From: Paecilomyces variotii
Taxonomy: Eukaryota
DNA length: 64,000 nt
Direction: 5' to 3' (one strand)
Assembly: GCA_004022145.1 (NCBI GenBank)
Contig: RCNU01000001.1
Part shown: in pieces, positions 1-11,332 of the stretch
Layout of the letters: every line of letters begins with the position of its first letter
Position numbering within the stretch: the stretch's first letter is position 1
Position numbers and translations under genes: made by a program
The notes under the pieces: generated by a model
Seen by the model: only the letters and a program-made list of their open reading frames with translations
The model's database searches: none
What the model was told of the DNA's origin: nothing

Positions 1-926
1 GCAGGCATGGCACGATTTCAAGACTGCGCCAGCGACAGAAAAGGATGAATATGCAGAGACTACCGTAATTGGGTGCCTTTGGCGATTTCATTGCAGCCAG
101 AAGGGAGGTATTCTTGAAGATCTGGATATTGCATCGGAATGCGCAGATCACCTTCTAGCAGGGATTGACACTACTAGCGACACGCTTATGTTCTTGATCT
201 GGGCTCTATCATTGCCTGAGAATCAGAAGTATCAGGAGGAACTAATTCGAGAGGTCTCGTTGATCAAGGACGCTCAGTTGGTAGGGAACGGTATACCATC
301 TGCACAGTCTAGCGACAAATTACCATACATGGATGCCTTGATCAAAGAGGCACTTCGACTCTATGCCCCCTTGCCCGCGTCGGAACCACGTTCGTTCGCG
401 ATTGATGTTGTTATCGATGGCTTCCTGATACCTAAAGGCACCACGGTGAGCATGGAGCCGTACGCTCTGCACAGAAATCCGGATGTATTTCGCGATCCTT
501 GGAAATTTGACCCACACAGATGGCTCTGCGAGGGCGAGCAGCTAAATGAGATGAAGAAGTGGTGGTGGGCATTCTCAAGTGGTGGAAGGATGTGCGTTGG
601 AATGCAGTATGTCTGCCTCTAACCCATTGATTATGCATTTGATCCTGCCTATATTCTCCTGGGCACGAACTGATCGAAATCAGCTTAGCGATGGCGGAAA
701 TGACAACCCTCTTAGGAGCAGTATACAGAAACTATAAAACGTCTATTAAGCAGGGCTTTGAAGGAGTAAGTCCTGGTATCACGAGCCGATTTGAGGTGTT
801 TTATGACGACAGGTTTCTGAAGATGGAGGTAAGGGGCTTTTACGCCTAAGAATACGCACCCTCCCGGCGCTAACCTATCATAATTCATAGGAGCATACTT
901 GTTTGATCGAATTCATGAAACTGTAG
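1..926 (+). CDS. Cytochrome P450, 3' part (5' end outside window); exons <1-606, 684-828, 891-926
   Basis: I-helix AGIDTT, EXXR (EALR), PHRW and heme motif FSSGGRMCVG. Introns GTATGT..CAG (607-683) and GTAAGG..TAG (829-890) restore GMHLAMAEM...EHTCLIEFMKL*. Confidence 0.93.
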
Positions 927-1536
927 CAGTTTTGTAAGAAGACAAACGGGAATAGAGAGGTGATAGTTGCTTGTTGGCCGTCTGATGTATCCCCGGGAGC
1001 ATAAGACGGATTAACGTGATTTCACGCACAAACCGCATCAAAATTACTAAGCCTCCCCCAGCTATTCAGGTGAGACTACTGAGGATGCTTTCATGATATA
1101 CTTTTCAGCGGGCTTGTGTTGTGTACGGGGTCGCTCAATTACAAATTTTATTACTGGGTCTATTAACTTCGGAGGCCTGAAACATCTATACGAGATCCAA
1201 AGAACACGAAGATGACCGAGTGGTACACAGAAACTCGGCTACCAAGTTGCAAGTTTGGTAGGCTTTAGGCTTGAAAAGGCAGATCGATTAATACACTGAC
1301 GAATTACGGGGTATCATTTGTCTCCCCTGCTGGAAAGTCTCGCGGGGAATAAGGAGCTCTTAATACTTTTGTTTTGCAGGACTGGGCATCGCCTGAAAAT
1401 GACGAGGAATTGAAAAGTCAAAAATAGAAAAGCTTTCTGGACTATTGACTGGTCACAGCTGACGAATGGATGGGTATGCGAAAATTCCGTCCCGCGGACA
1501 TAGAATTAGAGCGGACACCTATGGTCCATGACTTCT

Positions 1537-2229
1537 CTAGATGTAGAGAACGAACGGAATAACAGCTGCCGTGAAAGTCAAGATAGAAGCAGCAATTGCG
1601 TGGGCAGGGGACGCGAGACCAAGCCCGTTGGACGCGGAATTCGTCGCGTTGGCCTGAGCGGTCTGAATTGTTGGCTTCTTGACGATCTCAGTTGGCTGGC
1701 TAGAAGAGGCAGGGCTCGATTGAACGGCGAAACTCGTCGGGGTCGAGCTGGGGAGAGTAATTTGAGTTGCAGAAGCAGCACTTGTGATAACTGCTGGAGC
1801 AACGCTCACGCCGGCGTAGGGGTTGTACTGGGCCACACTGTACAAGGACCAGGCATTGTCTCCACCACCTAGAAGGAACCAAATCAATATGGCTGTTGGC
1901 CTCAAAGACAAAAGGAAGTACTTACAGTTTTCGTACGGGTAACCCGGGCATGTATTGCCACACTGCGTATCGGCGACTTTCAACGCTGCTGGAGGAACAC
2001 CCTGGCCGCAGGCACAGAGTTGTCCCTGAGTGGCAGCAATTGCCAGGCCCTTTCCCTTGCAGGTGGACACACAGTATCCATCGCTCTGGTAGATGTAAGA
2101 GCCGGTCTGAGTATAATTGGCAACGCTGTTGAAGCACCCCTCGTATCCCCCAATTCTAGCAGTGGCGGGCTGAATGAGCGCCGCAGATAAAGAGAGAACG
2201 GAAAGGAGGGATTTGGTAAAGAAAGACAT
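1537..2229 (-). CDS. Secreted WSC-domain, Ser/Thr-rich, probably GPI-anchored cell-surface protein; intron 1869-1925
   Basis: Signal peptide; WSC Cys pattern (YEGCF...YCVSTC...CACG...CGNTCPGYPYENCGG); S/T-rich stalk; hydrophobic C-terminus. The 57-nt GTAAGT..TAG intron is in frame. Confidence 0.88.
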   Translation of the reverse strand: MSFFTKSLLSVLSLSAALIQPATARIGGYEGCFNSVANYTQTGSYIYQSDGYCVSTCKGKGLAIAATQGQLCACGQGVPPAALKVADTQCGNTCPGYPYENCKYFLLSLRPTAILIWFLLGGGDNAWSLYSVAQYNPYAGVSVAPAVITSAASATQITLPSSTPTSFAVQSSPASSSQPTEIVKKPTIQTAQANATNSASNGLGLASPAHAIAASILTFTAAVIPFVLYI

Positions 2230-3697
2230 GGTTGTTGGATTTGGAAAATAACAAAAAGAGAGACAAGTAAGTTAGGCAAGTTACTCGGAAAAAGGGAGGA
2301 CAGACCTGCTCGACAGAGATGGACCTGAAGAGCGCGCTGTCATGTGGTTATAAACAACCCACACATCCTGACAGCTCGGACTCTCTTCGCTCCTCGGCGT
2401 TCACTAACAACAGACCGTCTCCTCCTATTGCTGGCTCTAGTACCACCGTTGGTGAAGTCCAATGTTACTCCGCATGATGATTGCTGAGAAGATCACAAAG
2501 AGAAGAATCCACAGTGACGCAAAGCGTGCTGTTGAAACACAGCCGAACTACCGACGGACGCTGTTTCAAATATGAACAACTAATTAAGGGCCGTGAACGA
2601 GCGATCTTGATGGCCCAAAAGGGGAATCCATCGCTCAAAGCAAGCCTATCCTTACCAACCCTGGCTAGGATCCGACTCCAGTGCTACGGTCGCCTCTGCC
2701 CCTTGACGAGCCTAACGGTCTCACTACGGCATGGCCCGGACAGAGCCCTGAAAATCTCATCGGATCAGCCTCCAGTGGCTTTGAAGGCATATTACCGCGA
2801 TATCAGTGGCGTTGACTTCCCATTGCGGACGGCTGTTTCAGATTTGTTGAAGCCACGCCGAGGTGCTCAAAATGGGGATATATGGCGCACAGCGCTGTGG
2901 CTGTGAATGTCTTGTCCAACATGAAGAAACAATAAGATGTTCGGTTCTATGCGGAAGCCCGTTTTGATGGACCCATCAACCCCACGGTTTGACTGCGGTT
3001 CGGTTCGATCCACTGGCAAATTCCGCCAGCGTCTCAAGCATAACACGGATCACCAAGGAGAATGTTGGTGTGGCCTTTTAAGGGTCAATTTCTGCAAATA
3101 ATGCGGCGGGTTCTTCTCACTGGTCACCTAGACCATGCGAAGTAACTAGCGACTTTTACTCAGGGATGTGTCTGATCTACACCAAGAGCTGGTGATGATA
3201 TGTATCGCGAGTATACCATCCGAACAATGGTCGTTCCGCGTGGAGACGATAACCGAACTCAGAGACAGACCCTTGCTCGGGTTCAAAGAAATTGAAAGCT
3301 CGAAGGATGCACATACGTTCTGTAAACATATAGACTGACAGTATGCGCATTCATGCTCACCTTTACCTGCTTATAAGGCCGCTAGGCTTCGCAGGGTCAT
3401 ACAAGACTGCATGCTTCTACACCCTGACCTTTACAAATTTTGAGGGGTCCAAGGACTTCCATGTGCGTTCGCAATTCTACCTTGAGAAGATGTGATCGGC
3501 TTCTTGAGGTTTCTGGCTGCTTGCTCGCGCAACCAATGCCAAATGGATCTTTGCGCTTGCGTTCGGACTTCTGCCGATGCGATGGACTCTTCTCAAAATG
3601 TGACTTCCGAGGTGACTTTGTGCGCCGACCTTCCGTCTTGGGCGATTTTGAGGCTATCTAATAGGCGGTCTCAGCCGACGAGTGGGACTTAGATCGA

Positions 3698-3756
3698 TGA
3701 TAAGATAGCGCGTCCGCCTCTTGTGATAAGACAGTGGAAGAAGAGTCAATTGATAG
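3698..3756 (+). promoter_or_regulatory. Cluster of four HGATAR (GATA-factor/AreA-type) sites upstream of the peptidase
   Basis: TGATAA 3698, AGATAG 3703, TGATAA 3724, TGATAG 3751, all 100-160 bp before ATG 3855. Confidence 0.5.
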
Positions 3757-3854
3757 AAGATTTGCGGGGTTTAAGGTCTTCTTCCGGTTCCTGAATTTCC
3801 TCTGAATTTGTCTTCCTTGTACTGTTCAGGCGGGCACTGCAATTGGAAAGAATA

Positions 3855-5598
3855 ATGTATCTATTGAGCGCAGCTACTCTCGGGCTGCTGTCCATTGGGG
3901 CAGCAGCTCTGACAATTCCATCGCAGCAGCAAGTATTGGATACATTTTTGAAGAAAGACATTTGTCCGCTTGCGCCGAAGATCGTCGCCCCCGAAGATGG
4001 CTTGCACCCAGCTATCGAATTCATTAAAGACGAAGCGATCAAGACCAAACAAGTGGAGCGTCTCTCCAGGGCTGTCCAGGTGCCGACAACAGTTAATGAT
4101 TTCTCGACCGATCCGTACGACGAAGTCTTCACTCCTTTCCTTGAGCTTCATAAGCTCCTGAAATCGCTGTTTCCATTAACGTATGCCTACTTGTTGCCCC
4201 GTTTTCAGTTCAACGCTCTATAAAGGATATTCCTGACCTGCTCAAGGTACTCGTATGCTCGTGTCGATCACGTTAACCGCCTCGGCCTGGTTTTCACGCT
4301 CAACGGAACAGACGACTCCCTTAAGCCGCTCTTGTTCACTGCGCACCAGGATGTTGTGCCCATCGATGATCCTAGTGACTGGACGTACCCTCCTTTCTCA
4401 GGGTACTTCGATGGAGAATGGATCTGGGGCAGAGGTGTCAGTGACTGCAAGAATGTGCTAATTGGCCTGCTCTCCGTTGTTGAGGACCTGCTGTCTCAGA
4501 ACTGGGAACCAACTAGGACAGTCGTTCTCGCATTTGGTTTTGATGAAGAGTCGCATGGCTGGCTCGGAGCTGGATCTATTGCCAAAGAACTCGAGAAGAA
4601 ATGGGGCAAAGACAGTTTCGAATTCATCCTGGATGAAGGTGGTATGGGCTTGGAAGTTCTCGGTGACGTCGTCTATGCTTTGCCTGGCGTTGGTGAGAAA
4701 GGTAGCATAGACCTTGTTCTCACCTTGAATGTAACCGGCGGTCACAGTTCAGTCCCTCCGCCACACACCGGCATTGGAATCATGTCAGAGATCATCTACG
4801 AACTGGAACGCCAGGACCTATTCATCCCTGTTCTCAATCAGCAACATCCTACTCGGAAGTCTCTCGAATGCCAGGTCCGCCATTCTCCAGAGTACGTTGA
4901 ACCATGGCTGGCGGACGCCCTGGAATCTGACGACTATACCGCTCTCGCGAGAGGCGTTGGAGAATCGCGCGGTGAAAAGATCCTATACACCTTCCAGACA
5001 TCACAGGCCGCGGATCTGTTCCGCGGTGGAGTTAAGACCAACGCCCTACCGGAAAAGATCTCGTCGGTGGTCAACTACCGTGTTGCTCTGCATCAGACTC
5101 CAGAAGTCGTCAAGGAGCGTGCTCTCAAGATCATCACTCCGATTGCAAAAAAGTACAATCTCACCTTCACCGCATTTGAAGACTCACCATCTGACGAAAT
5201 AATAAACCATCTCGACCTGGCCGCTCTTAGCGAACCGCTTTACCCGGCTCCATTAAGCCCGACAGATACCCAGACGGATGAAGTCTGGGCACGATTTTCG
5301 GGCGTTTCTCGTTCAGTCTTCGAATCTCTTCCCGCTTTCGAGGGGAAAACTGTTGTCGTAGTTGGGGATATCATGACTGGAAACACAGACACTAGGTTCT
5401 ACTGGAACCTCACGAGGAATATCTACCGATGGAGTCCATCGAGAACGGGTAGAGCTCTGAACATCCACACTGTCGACGAGAGATTGGATATCGCCGTCCA
5501 CCTGGAGGCGATGATGCTTTACTATGGTAAGTGAATCTAGACATTCAATCTCATCACCTTCTACTAACTCCTGATCAGATCTCATTCGCTCGTTCTGA
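3855..5598 (+). CDS. CPS1: Peptidase M20 family Gly-Xaa carboxypeptidase (carboxypeptidase S-like); exons 3855-4180, 4247-5526, 5579-5598
   Basis: N-terminal hydrophobic leader; motifs AHQDVVP, WGRGVSDCK, FGFDEE, DEGG, GGHSS, TGNTD, NIHTVDE; canonical introns. Confidence 0.92.
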
Positions 5599-5915
5599 TA
5601 ACATGGAAATGAAACTCTGCGATGGAAATGAATGTTATGAGGCAACGAAGAAAAGCGAAATATGCTGTCGTCTGAATTGATATAATTTGGATCGGGGAAC
5701 TTGAAGCTGCAATGTTCATAGCCAAAATTATACTATGTCAATATTATCACTGTCGTTTACCAAGATATAGAACCCACGCCAAGATACATGACCTGAGAAT
5801 GTCCAACGTGCTTCTGTCTTTCGAACGCGACTATGGCATAACTATGTCTTCTTCGCAGCCAGAGTAAAAAAAAAAAAAGAACGCAAAAAGTATAGAACCA
5901 CGAGGGTTAGGGAAC

Positions 5916-6029
5916 CACCCGACGTGGGGATCGAACCCACAATCTTTTGATATCGTATATGTCATGTTTTAGCTGTTTAGCTATTCATGAGATTAGAAGT
6001 CAAACGCCTTACCATTAGGCTAGCCGGGC
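5916..6029 (-). tRNA. tRNA-Arg(TCT) with an ~42-nt intron
   Basis: Minus strand: acceptor GCCCGGC/GTCGGGT, D arm GCCT-AATGGTA-AGGC, anticodon arm TTTGA-CTTCTA[intron]A-TCAAA, T arm GTGGG-TTCGATC-CCCAC. An oligo-T run follows downstream on the minus strand (A-run near 5866-5878). Confidence 0.95.
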
Positions 6030-6677
6030 ATCTGTTGAAAGTTAGGAGTGCGTAATCACGATTCAAGGATCCAAACGAATTATCCTCCGCGAGAGTAGGA
6101 TTAATAGCTCAAAACAATAGAAGGTAATTACTATCTATTCTTTGTCTTCTTGAGTAGTATCAATTTTGCGTTCACGGATAACCAAATTTTGTTTGTGTGG
6201 ACCCACCTGCGTATACTTACTTCCCTTTTTACCTACCGGAATTGGGAACCAGAACAATTGGAACACTGTCTCGGAAGCGCGGTACTACACAATCGTTCCA
6301 GGACACTCGAAATGTCGGAAGTACCATAGCGAACTGATGTGCTACTCTTATACTCCTGGCTGATGCATGGAAACGACCGCAGTGTTACTGGGGACCGGAG
6401 AACTCTGGTCGAAGAGGAATTTTAATTAGGAGAGCCTTCTAACGTGCGCGCAATATTATTACAGACGCAAAATAAATACAAGTAGCAACGGCATGCAGAC
6501 GCAATGTGGGGTATCTCAGCGAAGATCAAGACCAAAAGGTAAACCAAATCAACGTAGATAACCAAGAAGCAAAGCAACAGTGCGATGTGGACCTGTTCTC
6601 CTTTCCGTCAAGTTCAAATGGCCAGCCTGGAGCTATGTGCGACGTGGACGAAGCCATCACGCAACAGGATCAAGAAC

Positions 6678-9600
6678 TCAACTAACTTCTCGCCCGATAG
6701 CGCGAAGCCGATCGATATCCGTCTTTTTCAGCGTGACCTTGTCAAAGTTTCTGGGAAGCTCATAACCGTTCCTGGATAATTCTCATTAGTACAAAGTCGA
6801 CCCAGGTACGTACTGCAAGATGACAAAGGAAGAACAACGGGAGATGGCACAAACCTGATATATTCGATCTTGATATTTCTGGCTCGGTCTTTCAGTTGCA
6901 CCTGATCTCTGTCCTCTAACTTGGGCCCATCTTCCATCACGTCATCCTTTCTTTTGAGTGTTGCCCAACTAACGCCATAATTCTCGATCAGGTAGATGAG
7001 TCGCTCATTCTCTTCATTACTCCATCGTCGACGGGCGCGAGAATAATCTGGATATGCAGGGCGGCTCTCAACGGGTTTAGGTTTAGGTTCGGATGTCTGA
7101 TGAGGTTTCTGGGTCCTTGGCTGCCCACTGAGTGCTGAAAACCGATCCATCACATTGCGTATGTGGGAACGATGGTGGGATCGATCTTCAACAGGCGTTG
7201 TCCTCTCCTGACTGGGCCTTCGATGAGAGGATGCTACCTCTGGAGTTCGCCGCACAGTCTCATCAAGGGTGCTTTGAAGTTGCCTCTCAGCATCATTGTC
7301 AGACACATCATAGTCAAAAAGCCTTGCACGCTTTGACGGAGAGAGAATTGGCTTTTCGGTTCTTTTCCGCCGCACATCAACAACTCGCTGATCTTGGCTG
7401 AACTCGTCTTCGCCAGATTCATCACTGTGATCAGCAGTGTGTTTGCGTTTCCTCGGGTTGCTCGGTCCAGCACTAGGGGTCTCAGAACCAATATTTATTG
7501 GAGATACCCTGTGGGCATTTGCCTGGCGGTCAATAAAAGAAGGGCCTCGTTCGTCTTTCCCAGACGAAGCTTTGTGTTGCATAGCTGCGGCTAATATCTG
7601 CTTCGAGGAAGGAATATTCACCACAGGTTCTCGAGCCCTGCTCTGGCTCGTAGTAGTATTATTATTATCATTACGAGTCCCGGGTGCCAGCCGCTTAGGA
7701 TCTCTTGGAGCAGCGCGGGCAGAAGGACTAGGAGGTCGTAGGTCCCAGTCATCATCATCATCATTTAGAGTGATCTCCCACTGAGAGTCAGCAACAGTAA
7801 TTTGTTCAGGTTGAGGCGCGGGTTGCCCCCGGAAGGTGCGGCGTGGATCGGGCGACATCGACATAGAGGGCCCATCTCTGGACTGTGGTCTCAGAGATAT
7901 TTCCGTGAGAACATTGCGGCCGGGAACAACACTGGTGGCAGATGCTTTGGCAGCGTGCTGGGAAATGAACCCTGCAAAATCAGATGTGTCACTAGGCTCT
8001 GGCGCATCAGAGGTGGCGCGAATCAGGGATTCTCGTCGTGGCTCTTGTCGGTGAATATATTGAACTGCGAAGCGTTTGAACCATGAACTAATTGTTCGTG
8101 AACAACCTGTCAGTCTTGGGGAATTCACTCGTCTTTGGGATTGATCGAAAAACTCACCCTTTTGCTCGTCCCAAGTCAAACTCGGGGGCAGGCAGCAATT
8201 CCTTTCTAAGTTGCTGCGGCTGGGATCCACGAGGTGGTGAAGACTGTTCCCCGATGGAGCCTTCCACATCTTGTTGCTGCTGGGGCTGGGATTCATGAAC
8301 TATTGAAGGATCTTTTCTAACGGGCGTTCCTGCGTCTTGTTCCTGCGATGATTCCCCTGCAGAACTGCCGAAACTACCCCGTCTAGTGATTTCCTGTTCG
8401 AGTACATCACGGACATCCTCGACGGATGGCTGGGCCTTCAGCTCTTTGTCTATTTCCTCGTTTCTTTTGTACAACCATCTTCCTACCGCGACAACGAATT
8501 CGGACCACGGGAATGCCGACTCTAGGCCTTCATATTCCACTGGAGGTTGACTGCCAGTAAAGTACTGGCTGATATGGTGGATGCGTGCTTTCACCTGTTT
8601 CCTCATGTCTTTGGGTAGACACCCATCCTCATCTTGGAGCTCTGCCAGATTGAAGCCTCGTAGTTCCAGGTCGCCGGATTCGTCATCGTCTGCAAGTGGT
8701 TCATTAAAAAAGACGTCCTCAACGACGCCTTCCGGGTTGAAGTCATCCAGTTTTCGCGCTTCTAGCTTCATCTTAAGGAACTGTGTCCTGAGGTCCAGAG
8801 CCAGGTCGGAAGTCAGTTGGTGCGTAGTACTCTTGCCACTTGTAGGGTTTCCCTTGGTGGTGCCATGAAATACCAAACCGCTCATAAAAGGCATCGGGAA
8901 TTTGCCTTCCAAATCGTAGAGGACATGCTCCGTTGCGCGACGAGAGGTGAGGACCTCCAGAGCGAGTCGGGCGCAGTTTGCCTTGTATAGGATCCCATCT
9001 GGACGCCATCGCTTTGGGGCTGACCCGGGGATACTACGAGGCTTGACGGATGGCAAGGTCCGTGACACGTTCGCGACATCGATGTATGTCTGGTTACCGA
9101 AGTACTTTGCTTCCCCTATGAATTTTGATCGAAGACGGTCGAGTTTTTTGCTCTGGGGACTTTTTGGGTCCTGCAGCTTCTTTGCCAGATCTAGGAGATC
9201 GGTACTAGTCTGTGCCGCAGGCAACAGAAACTCGAGAACGCTGGATGCCGTTCTTTGGAGATCAGGGAGCACTTCGACCATCATATATGGATCCATCTCC
9301 CCGGACTCATGATCAGAATCAGTCGGGAGGAAGGTCGTCCCAGAGATGTTTACCGTTTCCTCAGGGAGCTCTTCTACGATGGTATTGTCCGCTGAACGCA
9401 CCATGGAGTGACGCGTAGAGTGGACTGGAGACTCCTCTTCGACAACAGCAAGTTCTGTGAATAATCATCAGACAATGAGCGTTCCATCCAGGGAGCATAT
9501 TAACGCTCTGTGTGAATGAGAGCATAACAACAAGATCGGGCAATGACGGTAGCCACTTTGCACTAAGGGAATTATGACACTATACGATGACGCCTTCAAC

Positions 9601-9961
9601 GCGTATGTGTAGAACATTGTCGAGGTTCGAAGGCAGAACATGATTATTTCTAAAGCAACAATAGGAACTTACCCTTCCCCTTTGCCATCCTCTCAGCTTT
9701 CCCACGTGCGCCATGTCGACTGTCAAGCGAACTTTTCGGGATCCCGATCTCTGTAGCATGGCTCTTCAGGCCGACTGCTTCGAGCTCGCGACTCTGACTT
9801 CTTGTGGTTCGCCGCCTTGAAGGACTGACAGACTGTGATTTATAACGCGATGAACGGTTTTTTAACTTCTTTGAGGTTGGAGTATCGACCTGTTTTGCCG
9901 TGGCGGCCATGTTGATGCCGTCGCTGGCAACGGAGGATTGACGCGTCGCGGGGCGCGCCAT
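6678..9961 (-). CDS. Telomere repeat-binding factor-like protein (TRF/Taz1-type, C-terminal telobox Myb domain); exons 9961-9673, 9454-8158, 8087-6855, 6771-6678
   Basis: Myb domain RRRWSNEENERLIYLIENYGVSWATLK...RDQVQLKDRARNIK has the telobox signature (LKD[KR]xRN). A helical N-terminal block resembles a TRFH/dimerisation domain (inference). Three GT..AG introns join ORFs 9650-10186, 8154-9404 and 6728-8296 in frame and end RNGYELPRNFDKVTLKK...EVS*. Confidence 0.85.
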
Positions 9962-10192
9962 CGCGGGCGGAGAGGAGCGGAGGCGAAACTTCTCCAGTGG
10001 GTTGATGAACGCCGACATCCACGACGCGGCAAAGTATGCTGCTGCCAACCAACCAGTACAGAGAAGGTAGTCAGGAGAAAATACCAAGAGAAAGAAAACA
10101 AAAAGGGGGCGAGCGATAGGGGAGGTTCTTCTATTGATGATCGTCGGTCGCACTTGTGTTCTGGTGATGCTGTAGCGTGAGGACAACTACTC

Positions 10193-10362
10193 TTAACCTA
10201 GGTTAATCACTGGACGCCAAGTAAAAGTGGGGATCAGGGGTTCTGACCAATCAGAATTTAGCCATAACCGTAACCCTAACCCATAATCCTAAACCCTAAC
10301 AATATATCAGGCAACAAGGCACCAAGGGTTATTGGGTTAGGGTTTGAAATTACCCAGTTAGG
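10193..10362. repeat. Interstitial telomere-like repeat cluster (TAACCC block facing a TTAGGG block) plus a 14-bp palindrome
   Basis: TTAACCTAGGTTAA 10193-10206; TAACCG-TAACCC-TAACCC-A-TAATCC-TAAACCC-TAAC 10265-10300; AGGGTTA-TTGGGTTAGGGTTT 10325-10345; GTTAGG near 10357-10362. Confidence 0.85.
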
Positions 10363-11332
10363 AAAGAGATCGCCGGAGGTCATACTGATACTGCGTCAAC
10401 GGTGTGTCTACAGTTCACTGGAGGTCGTGAAGTTGCGCTAATGGAGGCATCAATTTATCTATCTTGCAGTTGCGACCTGACTGTTCTTCTGTAAGATGGT
10501 CAAGATCCATCTGATCTATCTTCCAAGTTGAATGTATTTGTGGCGATCAGACACGCGATGAGATGAAGAGAAGGGGAGGACTGTTAGAGAGCTCAGAGCT
10601 ACTGAGAATGAACAGGGACATATGATTTCTCAACCATCAAGCTACAGCATAGGTTCCAACGGCCTTAACATGTATACATACTCCAGGGCGGCGTCGTCGG
10701 GGCCGATGATACCTAGGAAGAGAGACTAGGTATGCGGAGGAGTATGGGCAAAATGCGTACAGAGGCCTGTTGTCATCTGCATCACCTGTCTAGGACTTGT
10801 CTGAGACCTGTCTGTCGAAGATAAACTGGCTCTGATTATAATAATATACCTGAGACCGTAGTTGGAATTCGATTCCGGCTGGTGGCATTTGGGTAGTTTT
10901 CACTAGACCGATCCGATCGGTGGGATAACTTCAAATACCCTGCGAAGATCTAGGGACCACATGATGCCCCCTTAAATTTTGTGTGCCACGATCTGTCATG
11001 TTATAATTACATTGCGTACTGTCTGATTCATTATATTGTGATGCCGCAGTTCCATTGTGTGCCTCGGTCATGATACCATCCTCCCAGGGTTGGTCTATAA
11101 TTATATTGTCCCATCCTCGCATTAAGCAGTCACCACGAATTGTTCGAATATGCCTGTGGGAATAAAAGAGAAAACGTACACCAAGAAAAGAGCAAAGAAG
11201 CACCCGTGCGGTTATTAAACGAAGTAAGACTAAGTACTACAAAACTGAAAAGACCCGATACCGTGTCCTGTCTATATTTAAACCCTGCTTCCAAGGCACT
11301 TTTGAGTAAAGAAGCATCGCTTCATCGCGAAC

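Noticed and set aside
1869-1925. Internal hydrophobic segment in the WSC protein ORF
   Set aside because: It is an in-frame 57-nt intron; splicing restores the WSC motif ENCGG.
8088-8296. Programmed frameshift between overlapping ORFs 8154-9404 and 6728-8296
   Set aside because: A canonical 70-nt intron (GTGAGT..CTGAC..TAG) explains the frame change.
10265-10345. True telomere or chromosome-fusion scar
   Set aside because: Very short, flanked by intact conserved genes, and the orientation is opposite to an end-to-end fusion.
10700-10805. C/D snoRNA or hairpin (ATACCTAG..CTAGGTAT) downstream of the telomeric repeats
   Set aside because: The C box has two mismatches and there is no terminal stem or recognisable guide; an 8-bp stem can arise by chance.
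10265-11330. Telomerase RNA gene using TAACCCTAAC as template
   Set aside because: The repeats are multiple, degenerate and in both orientations rather than one ~1.5-copy template. Only ~1 kb is free before the GDT1 3' end, and I saw no pseudoknot or Sm-site signature. A covariance-model search would settle it.
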